Source: Moniliella sp. 'wahieum' (taxonomy: Eukaryota). From it: a stretch of DNA of 64,000 nucleotides. The number at the start of each line of letters is the position of its first letter. Position 1 is the stretch's first letter. Shown here one piece after another: positions 12,480 to 23,635 of the stretch. The notes under the pieces were generated by a model that saw nothing but the letters and a program-made list of their open reading frames with translations, ran no database searches and was not told where the DNA came from. The translations under genes were made by a program, and so were the position numbers. The stretch spans positions 62,001 to 126,000 of the forward strand of contig RSEE01000018.1 in NCBI GenBank assembly GCA_003971905.1. The letters are read 5' to 3'.

Positions 12480-13260
12480 ATGCAAAACACACGCACTGTC
12501 AACAAAGGCGCTTTATTGCCATGTGGTTGAACACAGCAACGCGCTGAGCCACACTGGCTCCGCCATTCATCCGTCCCGTGCCTCAAACTCTCTGACCAGC
12601 AGGTCCAGGTTGGTCTCCAGCTCCGCACGCTGTGCCACACCACGGCAGCATTGCAAGTGCGGCGTCATGTCCTCGCTGTGGAGCACATCATCATGTCTTG
12701 CACCCGCACCCAGGCCAAATTTGGTGCGTTGCATGAGGCAGTGCGGGAGCCCATTCTCCAGTTCATACCCTCCATCCCCGACACCCACGTCCGCAACGAA
12801 CCTATGGTGGAGGAAGAGGAGGGACGAGGCGCGGACGGGGGCACAGCGCACCGACTACCGCGTGATGGGGCCCGGAGCACTCGGAGGATCAGGAGGAGGT
12901 AGACCACACGCTGCGCGACACGGATCACTGGCGGCGCAGAGCGCGTTCGGAGGGTGGTGCATGAGAACACCGCAACCCACTTGGAACGCCGGGGAGAAGG
13001 AGCTGCTTCGGCTGCTTGAACAAGCAGAATGCGACAAGAACGCCAAGTACCAGGGACGCACTCAAGAGCCGTTTTCCCTCTGGTTTTGACGACGCGAGGA
13101 TACTACGGCACCAAGACGGCGGCAAGTTTTGCGCATTGGGAGGACTTGGTACTAAGTCTCAATGGAAATGGTTCCTCGCTCGGTGTCAACCACGTTCATC
13201 CGTGTCTACACGCGCTTCTAGGGTACGGGACCGGATGGCGACCACGGAGGGTCTGATATC
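12480..13260 (+). mobile_element. Decayed 3' fragment of a non-LTR retrotransposon with restriction-like endonuclease (CCHC + RLE; CRE/Cnl1/MoTeR-like)
   Basis: Stitched translation from 12552: HWLRHSSVPCLKLSDQQVQVGLQLRTLC..HCKCG..VEHIIMSC..ALHEAVREPILQFIPSIPDTHVRNEP..RTDYRVMGPGALG..EEVDHTL..DKNAKYQGRT..FPLVLTTRG. This is the C-x-C..H..C, (R)HE, EP, RxD..D, KxxKY, PLV order typical of RLE domains. No RT domain seen. Confidence 0.6.
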
Positions 13261-16200
13261 CTGGGCGATCCCCATGGTTCCTTGACCGTGGTGGCGTTCC
13301 AAGTAACCCCCGCAAGATGACGGTTCGGTTTAGACGTAGCGTTCCCTTGTCCAGGCTTAAGCTCTATCAATGATATGGATTCAATGGGCCACTGAGAAGC
13401 TCTACTTTGCGAAGTTTTTGTCCAAGCCGAGCGAAAGGAAGAGAAAAGACGGTGGTGGCGAGCCGATCATGGTAACTTCCTTGGTAGCGAGGGGGAGAGC
13501 GCACCCTGGGGATACCACTCAATCTCATGACGCTTAATAGTCGCGATATAGAAGAAGTCGTAGTCGCGAATCACAACATGAGAGCTACACATGCACCGCT
13601 GTTGTAAATGCAGTATTGGTGCGTGGCCGCTGCAGATCATGCTGGGATATCCACCTCTGGGGACCCGAGAAAAAAGCGAAGGTCTCTTGGAAGAATAAGG
13701 ACGCCAAAGAGGTCAGGGGCAAGAGTGTGGTCGAAAATACCGACGTCATTAGGGATCGAAACACTTAGAGGTGTTCTTACAGGGAAGGCCCTCTTTGGGA
13801 GAGTGGGAGAATATCATGGTAACACCATATTCCACCTGCAAAATGCCAGAGCATATTTGACAGTCTGCAGCTGCAGTGCCAGAGACGATGTTGGTCTTCA
13901 GTCAATGGAAATGCTGGTTGTATATAATAAAGAAGAACCTCTGGAGAGGGTTAGAGAGATAGGTCTAGTTTAATCCGACACTCAGTACGTCACACGAAAC
14001 GCGAGGTTTTGCATGCAACCATGGTAACGAAAGCAACGGTGACTTCATGCGCATCTAGACCTCGATAAGTGGTATTACAGTCCCTCATTATGAATTGTAC
14101 TACATATTATGCTTAACGAGTATTCCATATAGTAATCAATAGGCATTCTGACTATATTATTCACGAAATCCTGAGGTCAAAGGCTCGTCTGACGTATAGG
14201 CTGCGGAACGCCGCACGTTTGTGAAGAAGAAGAGTTGACAAAGAAGACGCGATGCGTAAATTAAATGCAATGACACGCACGCACCTTAACATGAAGACAT
14301 GGGACCTTGTACCTCCCTGGGAGTATTTGTGATTTGTTAAACAAGCTACACACCTTTTCGACCATTGGCCTATACCACAGTGTGAGAACCTTCGAATAAG
14401 TCACTGGCACTACCGCACGCCTCACGTGAATCAGCTTCTGGGCACACCCCCTCGGTTCGATGCTGGACAAAAATGGTTGTATGTCATAGTATGGCTGATC
14501 TCGCTCTCATATCCAGTATCTTGGTCCCTCAAGCATCTCGTGCATCCTTTGTTCTTCTGCATCTGGCACTGTGTCCTCTGTTTGTTTTCCCCGAAACGAT
14601 GCTATACATGCCTCGACCTTGTCTCGACTCTCTGGTCTCCTTCGCCTTAGCCCCGACTGTGACAGTATATGTGCGAGCAGGTGTTACGCGTTATTCCTGT
14701 ATCAGTTACGCATACTTCCACACCGAGGGTTTATGGACGACAAAATGTGGGTTGTGTGAGTAAGCACAGTGTCCATTTCTTCTCTGTCGTATGCACCGTT
14801 TTCCATGCAGAACGCGTGTCTGGCCGCAAGTGTCTATAGTGAGGCCAGATCATATCAGCACTAATACACTGTTACGGAAGACTGATCGAAGTTTCTGTCC
14901 AATTTCCAATTCCGCATACTGCGCATGTCATTCTTCTCCTTACCGACGGTTACTTTTCCTCTTGCTTCTTGTCGGATGCCTCCTGATTGTGTCCTCCCAC
15001 ACATGCAATCTTATCATTTTCTTCCCGTCTCTGATAGGACCTTGGCCTCTCCCGTGCCTACTAGCTAGGTCTATACTACCGAGACTCTAAAGACACACAC
15101 AGAGCACACACATCCAAATCGACCCGACTGTCTCTTATCTGTTGCAGATAATAAGTGATACTTATTGAGAGACTGTGAAACCCGCGTGACCATATATTGT
15201 ACTAGTAACGTTATCTCTGAGACTGTGTGTTGTCGATCATCAATCATCTCTATGTCATGGTAAATCAATGTGAATTGGTCCTCTTCTTTATAAAGCTGGC
15301 ATATAACCCGTTGTTTTCCTCAGGCTTCTGGCCTCATTATGGCAACAGGCCTCTCATGTCTCATGTCTCAGACCTCATGTGGCCTCATCCTCTTATAAGC
15401 GAATCTGTAGGCTTCACTTCTCCATGTGTTGTCTCGCGCGCACGCGCCTCGCCCATGACATGGCGCGCGCGATGTTCATGGGTGGACGCATAGGTGAAGA
15501 CTTGGGGAGCTAAGGCTTTTGATCTCTGATACTCTGATGCACACTTCTGACTCATAATATACCCTAACCTCTAACAGTGTATAGATCTCTGCTCTTGCTC
15601 TCAGTAAGATTCTTTTTTGGATCTGGCCACTTGAAGCTTGACGACTGGAGTGTGGGCCATAGTAGTGGGAAATGCAGGGCTCAAGTCCTTGTCTTAGAGG
15701 CCTATCTCGACTTGGTGTCGCCAATGGCGCTTGGGCTCAGGCTGTGCTTAAGCAGTGCTTAGAGTCCGCCAGGCGTCTTATATGCGGCAGGCGATGGGCC
15801 GTCTCTGAGATGATCGATGATAGAGATCGATCTGAGACCTGAGAAATGATGTGAACCACCAAATGCCCGAACAGGCCGGACAGGCCCCTTGCACCGCCGC
15901 TTCCGAATCATTCAATCAGGGCCCCACCAGGCAAAGAGGCGCCGCAAACAAATGTCATGCATGTCATCGATCGTCGATCACCCGTACATCATCGATGATT
16001 CACGCCAGGACTCTTCATTTCATTCGGTGTCGCTGCAATAATGGCTTCGTGCGTTGAATAGGCCGCCAGCTCAGCGCCCCCCAACTTGCTCAACTTGACC
16101 GCGATGCGGCATCCGTTCATGACGTTCTGTAGACACAAGCTCCCAAATTTTAGCTCATGCGTAAACTAATGCGTTCCTCCGTTTCGATGGCGTGCAGCAC

Positions 16201-16290
16201 AGATGATGTGCCGATAATCGATAAGCTTGAAGTTAATAGGATACTCATCGCTTTTTGAGGCGGAAATAAGCGGCCCGATGCATGCATGAG

Positions 16291-16486
16291 ATGCACAACA
16301 TTTCCTCTGAAGCGTGGAACGGTGGACTGGGGAATGGTGGCTACGGTAGCGATGGGGGAACGGTGGCTACTATACGGTGCGACGGTGGAACGATGGCTAC
16401 GGTGGCGATGGTGGCAACGGTGGAACGGTGGCTACGGTGGCGACCAAGCACCAACAAGCACCAAGCTGGGGCGAAGCCCCAGTTGA
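16291..16486 (+). pseudogene. Gly/Tyr-rich peptide-coding relic (GGYGGDGGN-type repeats after a possible KR site)
   Basis: About four imperfect copies of 'aa(c/t)g(g/a)tggctacggt(g/a)gcga' between 16333 and 16443, reading NGGYG(S/G)D in shifting frames, preceded by CCT CTG AAG CGT (PLKR). Confidence 0.4.
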
Positions 16487-16999
16487 CCCGGCCCTCTAGT
16501 GGACTCATTTTACAGGCTTCAGATGCAGCGTGGAAACCGAAGCTTGGTCCACTTTAATTACATTAAAGCACGGTTGTGCAACAGGTCATGTGAGAGAGAG
16601 GCCAATATCGGGTTTAAAAACTTTAAGAAGGGGCGCTAGACGCATCCAGAACCATCTCAGGAACCCATCATCGCATCATCTCTCCTATTATATAGTTAGG
16701 GCATATAAGAATGCAGTGTAGCCCACCCCATAGCCAATACTATGATACCAAGGAGAGAAGTTCTTTCATGCTATGCCTTTACTCCTCTCTTACTACCTCC
16801 CTTAAAATTAAGCAAGATGCTGAGAAATTATCGGTCTTCGTTCCTGCATACGGTTGAAAAGCTGTTTCGACGCTCAGTACCATGCCCAAGATCCGTTCAA
16901 GTTACATGTTCAAAAACTTCAAATCCGAATGGCTTCGTCAACATCATCGTCATCCGAGTGGACGAGGCTTTTTTGCGAGATGAGCGCGGCCACGAGTCA

Positions 17000-17680
17000 C
17001 TAATGACTGAGTGCTGAGTTACTGAGTACTGAGAGAGTACTGAGTATACTGACCGTATTGACCGGGGGAGTGTTCAGGCCTCCGGCTACTGAGTGTCCTT
17101 GGGGCTAACGCGTAACGGTTAAACGTTAAAGAGACTAAGTAGGGAGTTGGTCCCCGGCGGCTTTAAAACGACCGCGCGGAGCGAAACGGGTCTCATTATC
17201 TCAGACAGTGCAGCTTATAGTGCAGCCCGGAAATAGGGATTGGAGGGGATCGATGATACTTCATGCATTCATCACGGTGCATGATACGTGATCACTGCAT
17301 CATCGACTGGGAGCGTGAACGTGGGAAAAGGTCAGACCCTCTCAGGGTCTCACAGCCTGAGGTCAGGCGGTCAGGCTCAGTCCCAGGTCTGAGCCTCAGG
17401 GGGAAAGCAAAGTGAGACCAGGAAAGAGGTGGGAGGCCATGGCGAGGCCGGTAAGGCCGGTAAGGCCGGTAAGGCCTAAGGCCTAAGGCCTGAGCACGCG
17501 GAGACGGACATTTGTGGGGAATGTTGAACGTTGAACGTTGACGGTGGCGACATTGATGCGTTGACGCTCTAAAACGTGTTACCGGTTACGGCGAGATAAC
17601 GCGTAACGTTAAAACCGGGATCATAACTCGATAACGCGTGACGCGTGACAACGCGTGCAACGGGTGAGCCGGTGAGTATT
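17000..17680. repeat. Patchwork of short tandem and inverted 7-bp interrupted palindromes (xyTNAy'x')
   Basis: ACTGAGT at 17006, 17021, 17039; CCTGAGG 17356; CCTCAGG 17394; (GGCCGGTAA)x3 17446-17472; CCTAAGG x2 17475-17488; GTTGAAC x2 17523-17536; CGTAACG 17602; CGTGACG 17637. Confidence 0.85.
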
Positions 17681-18338
17681 GGTATCGGTGAGTTTGGAGC
17701 ACCCTGCATCGCAACGGGCTACGTATTGGCGTCGGTTTCAGAGGCTTTCGGCGACTGCAAGCCCAAGAGCAAAGCAGCCCACAACTTTGTGCCCCGTGTG
17801 TGGACCACAGCTAGTGGCTAGTGGGCCTAGGAGCTCGAATGCGATGAATGTGCCCACATACAGAATACCCGGCAGCGGGGCCGAGTGTACCAGGGTGTGC
17901 CTGAGACCTCCGGGCTTGATCAAATCCGCTGATGCACTGAGATACCTGAGGCCTGCAACATACCAGAACGATGGTAGTCGATAGTCGCTACTCAATAATC
18001 CTGCTACCACAGCCATTGCAGCCACAGCGAGCGCCGAGCGCGCTCAGCGCTCAGCGCTCAGCCTGAGCTGTTCTTGATGCTTCGTCGTCCTTGCGTTTTG
18101 TGCATCTCCCCAGAATTAGGCGGGCAAGTAAGGCCACAAGCCTCAGGCCGCCACACTAATCTCCGTCCCCCTGGCCATTTATTCCCGTCAATCTCCTCCC
18201 ATCTCGCTCACGCTCCTTCCACGACCACCTATCTCATCGCCTCGACTGTTCCCACCACGGCACGCCCCCTCCTCCCTTGTGTGTTGCACACCCATACAAC
18301 CACACACAGCACCGTCATCTCTACGTTGGCAGCTCCCA

Positions 18339-19309
18339 ATGCCCCCCCCCCCATCGGTCCGCATTTTCGCCATATCCTACAATGCGTCCATCTCCGCCAT
18401 CCCTGGGGCCGCCTGTTCTGACGACCCCTCGCCGCACGCCTACCCTCCCATGCCGTCCCCACCCCTGTTGTCTCCACCAGCCCAGGCAATGTACCGACAC
18501 CAGCGTTCTGTGTCGCAGGAAGAGAGGGCGGCACAGCGACAGTTGGTCTACGTCCTCCGCTGTGCGCACTGCGACGCCTTCTTCACAAACCGCGGTATGC
18601 GGGCCGTTTTGCTCCTCAAGCCGCACGTCACCCTTTACAGCACCGATGCGGTCCCTGAGGCATGTGTCGCGGTCTACCCCTCCGGCTCCCAACTTAGGGG
18701 ATCCGGCCGATGCGGATGCCAAAGTTATCCACCGCTCATGTGATTGCTTCACCCAGACTTTGGGATGCCGATGCGGCGCCCTTTTGGCTACACAGTCATT
18801 CGGGCTTGCCGGAGGTGTAGCGAAAACGCATCGTCGCTCAATGGGTACGTCTCCTCTGTTTTCTCTTCGGATGCTGTGGGCTGACCGCCACTTCTTCTCT
18901 GGTTATCATCGTACTCTCTTTTTTGGTATATAGGCATCGAACCGTCTTTCACTACGGCGAGGTGCGCGCCCATGCGCGACGCTACATTCCCGGCGAGGGG
19001 GATACGATCCTTGAGTGTTCCGCCTCTTTGACGCAATTACTGTCGGAACAGAGACTCGTCGAGGATAACTTGCGTTTGCTTTCCACAACAGCCTCTCTTC
19101 CTACTACGCCCAGAGCAAATGGCTTCAGCAAAATTCACACACAGGCGCTCATTCACCGCTCCAGTGCCCTACAGCAAGAGTTATTCCTCGTTTACACCGA
19201 CCTGCGAGAGGAGTATCTGTCGGGGGCACGCATGATTCTGTCGGGCGAGCTGGTATTTTGGTCTGACTTGCTCAGTCTGGGGGGCGAGCGTAGCGAGCCA
19301 TTGATCTGA
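18339..19309 (+). CDS. FAM72-family (Yippee-like zinc-binding) protein
   Basis: VYVLRCAHCDAFFTNRGMRAVLLLKPHVTLYSTD..CDCFTQTLGCRCG..GYTVIRACRRC..NG|HRTVFH follows the FAM72 pattern (CxxC..SRGMKAVLL..LFSTD..CxC..CxxCG..VGYHV..CxxC..NGHFWMFH). Intron 18845-18933 (GTACGT..GCTGAC..TAG); two frameshifts; start codon uncertain. Confidence 0.85.
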
Positions 19310-20580
19310 GCCGCTCTTCGAAAGCCAGTTGGATTTGCAGTAACTATACCTGCGTTTTTTTTCCCTCTCGTCCATGTTTTTTTGCCACATATTCCCTGTT
19401 TTGGTCATCCGCGTCTCCACCGTCTCCATCAACAAGCATGCGGTCTTTCTTTCAAGACTATCGCATCTCCTGTGATCCCCGACACTCATTTCAACATCCC
19501 CCCATATCCTCCTCACAGGTATACTGCCCCTTTTCTGTTGTTCTGTGATCCTTCCCTCCCTCTCTCTTTGATCAACGGTTGTCAGAGTGCGTAGACCGTC
19601 CTTTTGGGCAAATTTCCCTCTACAACTCTCATCCACGCCCCCTTCCCCTCCACTTGGCATAGCCACTCGCTCAACTTATTTTTTTTCGAGGCCAACATGT
19701 TGGTGGCGGGACTCTCAATTCCGGGTCGGCTCTTCGGCGTAATCCGACATTTCCCACTGCGAGGTGTGGTTCCATCCTTGATATCCATATGAAGTAATGT
19801 GTCCGATGTACCGCCAGTAGTATATTCCCCATAAAACACACCGTTACACTGGTGGTTAGTAGATAGACTCCCGCCGCAGTGGGATGGGCAAGAGAAAACC
19901 CCCAAGGGTCTGGCTGCCCTTCGCATTTGTGCGGTCAGACCCTGAATCCTGTCATGAATCCAGAACGGCAGGGAACGTTCCTTCAGTCACCCAGTCGCAA
20001 CAGGCCACAAGACGCTTCGTGAACATGAGTGTTCACGAGATCATCATGCAACAACATGTGAGGGGGTGAGTATATGTAGTGTTCCAGACAGAAAACCCCC
20101 CACGGATGTATGTTTTGCTGTCGTGATTGAATATTGAGATCGATATTGAGGCGAGTAATAGAAGTGGAACTGTGTTGCAACTTTCGTTGAGGCGGTGTCT
20201 GGAATGGGTTGGAGGGATTGGATGGCTTGTGCGCTTTTTTATTGATGCTGACATCGGCGTCTTTGCTCCGAGCGAACGCGGGGACGATTGGCACGTCGAT
20301 GGTGCTCCTTCGGCGGCGGCCCCCATCAGGCTGAGGCTCTAGACGGACGGACGCTCTGTGAGGTGCTGAGGGGGATGCCTCAAGTTGCGGTCCCGTTAGC
20401 TCCGCGCTAATACCGTCTGCGCGCCCCCTCGCCACCCATTGAAGTCGCTGGCCCGTGCGGCACTACACTCTGCCCAGTTGGGCCTCCCCAACATCAGCGC
20501 TCCGATGTGTTTGACTATATAGAGCCCCATGTGTTCGCTGTCGTGCACATTTGCTCCTCAGCAAAACTGCTACTACCGCC

Positions 20581-22174
20581 ATGCCTTCCGAACCCCCCGT
20601 CACCGCGGCCAGCAGGGCCGCCATGGCCGACCCTGTGCCGGCCATTCAGACGATTCAATCATTCACCCCCGCCATCAATAACACTGCCGTCGTTACCGAC
20701 CTACATGCACGGATTAGAGCCGCCCTTACCCGCTTCTCATCCGGTCCGGCAGCAGGATACGCCCTGGGGTGCTCTGCCTGACGATATGGACCCGGGGCAG
20801 CGCATGTTCACCCCCGAAGTGATGACATCCACCTTGGACCGCTGGCAGCACCTCGACTTGGATGACTTCCAAGCCCGTGTGGCGAGCTTTGACCACTTTA
20901 TCGCCACCATTGATTGGTGCCGCCTCCACTTTATCCACCAACTCTTCTCGTCCCAACGCCATCCCCCTCGTGCTACTGCACGGATGGCCCGGCAGTGTAT
21001 GGGAGTTTTCCGAAGTGATCCGTGCCTTAGCGGAGCCCGGTAGGTGTCGTTTCTTGTGGTGGTTTATCTTGTGAGAGAGAAGAGCTGACTGTACGTGCCG
21101 GATTTTGTTTCCCCTGTCTGCATATAGAATCAGAAGACGCACAGCGTTCCATGTTGTGGTGCCTTCGGCCCGGATACTTGTGGAGCTCGCCCCCTCCCTC
21201 GGCGGCGCATTACATTGGAGACGTGCATGGCTACTGCCGCATCATTAACGCTTTGATGATCGGGTTAGGGTATGGGCCCAACACAGGCCTAGCGGATCAC
21301 GCTGCCACCAAGAATCCCTGGTCGGGGTATGCAGTACAAGGAGGCGACTGGGGGTCCGTGCATGCGCGTGTGCTGGCGTGCATTCCTGGTTCTGGGGTAC
21401 GTGCGGTACATCTCAACTTTTGTCCTGCGCCTCCTTCTAGTTGGACGGACAAGCTGGGTTCATTGTTCCTCTTCACTCTTCCCTCTGCTTGGCAACTTTC
21501 GCTCGCACAGCGCTTGCTTCACCTTCGTTGGCCAAGATGATCAAACAGGTACGCTTTGCTGCCGGTGCCAAAACACCGTGCGTGAATTGCAGCATACTAA
21601 CTTGCTTCTACTTAGCTGCAAGCGTACGACAAGGGTGTGGTGTACCACCGAATACAAGGCAATCGTCCGGCGGAAGTGATGTACGGTTTGCTCGATTCGC
21701 CGGTGGGATTGCTGGGCTATGTTGGACCGCTTATCGCTACCTGGGTCGAGGCCAATCCGACCACGAGTGGAACGAAGAAGGGGGCATGACCCTCGATAAG
21801 TTACTGGAGCTGGTGACGTTGTACTGGGTGACGGGGTGCATTGGCACATCATTCCTACCCTATGCTCTCAATCGGCCTTCGTTCTTATATCGCCCATCCC
21901 GATACGTACATTCATCACCGTTTGGATACTCTCAGTTCCCATTCGAGATCCAATCGGTTCCGGTGAGCTGGGTCCAAGCCAGTGGCGACCTTGTCTGGGC
22001 CGTCGAGGCCGACCAATCGGGCCACTTCCCCTCTCTCGAGGCTCCCTCGCTTTTCCTCGCTCACCTCCGTCAAGCCTTCTCCCGGGTGGCACTGTGGTTG
22101 CGACCAGTGCCGCAGGGCGCCCACTTGTACCTCTCAAGGGACTGTGGGATAAAGAACGTGCCCGAGTGCAGTAA
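20581..22174 (+). CDS. Microsomal-type epoxide hydrolase (EHN + alpha/beta hydrolase)
   Basis: IPLVLLHGWPGSVWEF (oxyanion HGWP), YAVQGGDWGS (nucleophile Asp), AVHLNF, YGLLDSPVGLL, YSQFPFEI, SGHFPSLEAP (catalytic His). Introns ~21040-21127, ~21549-21615, ~22086-22138; frameshifts. Confidence 0.92.
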
Positions 22175-22515
22175 GCTACCCACCCCATGCCTGAATTGGA
22201 TTATGCGCCGGCACATCTTCGAGATATATGAGACCTTGCATACCACATTCAGTCCTTACTTGAGCAATGAAAATGTTACAATGAGCACACCGTCTTGGTT
22301 TGCTAGCATCCGTAGCCGTAGCCGGACATGCTAGACGCGCGTATACAGTTTCTCCGGTCGGACCAGTACTCTATCACCACATACATGTGGGAGCAAGCGC
22401 AATTCGAAAACACGGCATGAGCGCATCCGCTCTCTGGGTTGCGAGGCAAGACATCCGTCGTGGGGGCCTTTATTTCGTCGAGACTTTCCGTCGTCGGCAT
22501 TCATCCGAGTGACCC

Positions 22516-23635
22516 TCATGAGGGTACAGGTAACTGAACTGGCGGCACGGCCTCCGCCGTCACAGGTGGAGAGGCAAGCACATGTTCGTCCTCGTCCGTC
22601 GTAGCCGATGCACTGTTGGCCCGGGGTGAAGAAGAGACGCGGGGGTAGCCAGGGGGTTCAACCTGCCCGTTGGGAGGATGGCTAGCAGTAGCCACGGCTT
22701 CTGAATTGGGCTCTAGCTCTGGCCATACATCCGACCCCCGAGAAAGAGGGAGAGAAAGAAAGTCGGTGAGTGGGTCAGGGGACGTGCCCCACCTCGGCCC
22801 CGGGACAGGGAGATCGTGTAGCGGCAGGAAGGGAGAACGGGAGATAGGGACGGACAAAGATACAGACACGGGCAGGGGCAGAGACATCGGCAGAGACAGT
22901 GGGAGAGACAGGCGCGGGGATGGGGACGGTGCAGTTTCTCTTCTTCATCTTTCACTACTCGTCTCCGTTTGGCCAAGGGATCGTCTTCGTGGTAGCTGGA
23001 GGTCCGCGCCGGACTGGTCCGGCTTCGCTTCATTGGCCGGCTTGGGAGGTTGAGGGGGAAAATGTGAGGGGAGGGAGAGGGTTGATGGTGGAGACGCCCA
23101 ATGGGGGCTGGGCCGACTGAAGGGTTAGGTGGTGCAGTGCGTTGTGGCCGTTGGAATCGGCGCTGTGGGGATTCCAATTGTGCAGTGCTCCCTCGTCTCG
23201 GTGGGGGCAAAGACATAGCGTTCGAGCTGGGCGCGGAGGTGCGGGTGAGCACCCAAAAACCCGCCCGCGCCCGTTGCGGCCACATGGACACTGGTCACGC
23301 CCAGCATGACACGCAATTTGGCGTTTTCCAGCATGAGCTGGCGCAGCAACCAACGCAGCCGGTCCAACTAACTCGCCGTCGGAGGCGAGGACAGTAGTTC
23401 CACCCGGCATTCGAGTGCACGGATGTATTCCTGCTTTCGTTGACGGAACTCGCGCTGGGCCACACGGTTCTGTGCCTTGCGCAACGCTGATGCGTCCAGC
23501 CCGACAGGCTGGGCGGGCTCGACCAGTGCTTCGAGCGAGGGTCGATAAGCATCGACGGATCGCACCGGACAGGCTGTGGGGGTTGCCGACGAGGGTGTGG
23601 GTGTGGACATGGTGCGGCTTGCGGCGGAGAGGCAT
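22516..23635 (-). CDS. bZIP transcription factor (AP-1/Yap-like basic region)
   Basis: RKAQNRVAQREFRQRKQEYIRALECRVELL followed by LRWLLRQLMLENAKLR zipper; Ser/Pro-rich C-terminus. Frameshifted; ends approximate. Confidence 0.85.

Noticed and set aside
14261..14470. Short ORF ending CHCI* as a CAAX pheromone precursor
   Set aside because: Non-ATG start, atypical CAAX, no pheromone repeats and no STE3 receptor nearby.
15562..15575. CCCTAACCTCTAA as an interstitial telomere
   Set aside because: Only one perfect unit; expected by chance.
17000..17700. CRISPR-like array or cloning polylinker (many restriction-site-like words)
   Set aside because: No constant repeat with unique spacers; the words recur degenerately in all intergenic regions, unlike a vector polylinker.
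19983..20435. 150-aa minus-strand ORF between FAM72 and the epoxide hydrolase
   Set aside because: Non-ATG start and no recognisable motif.
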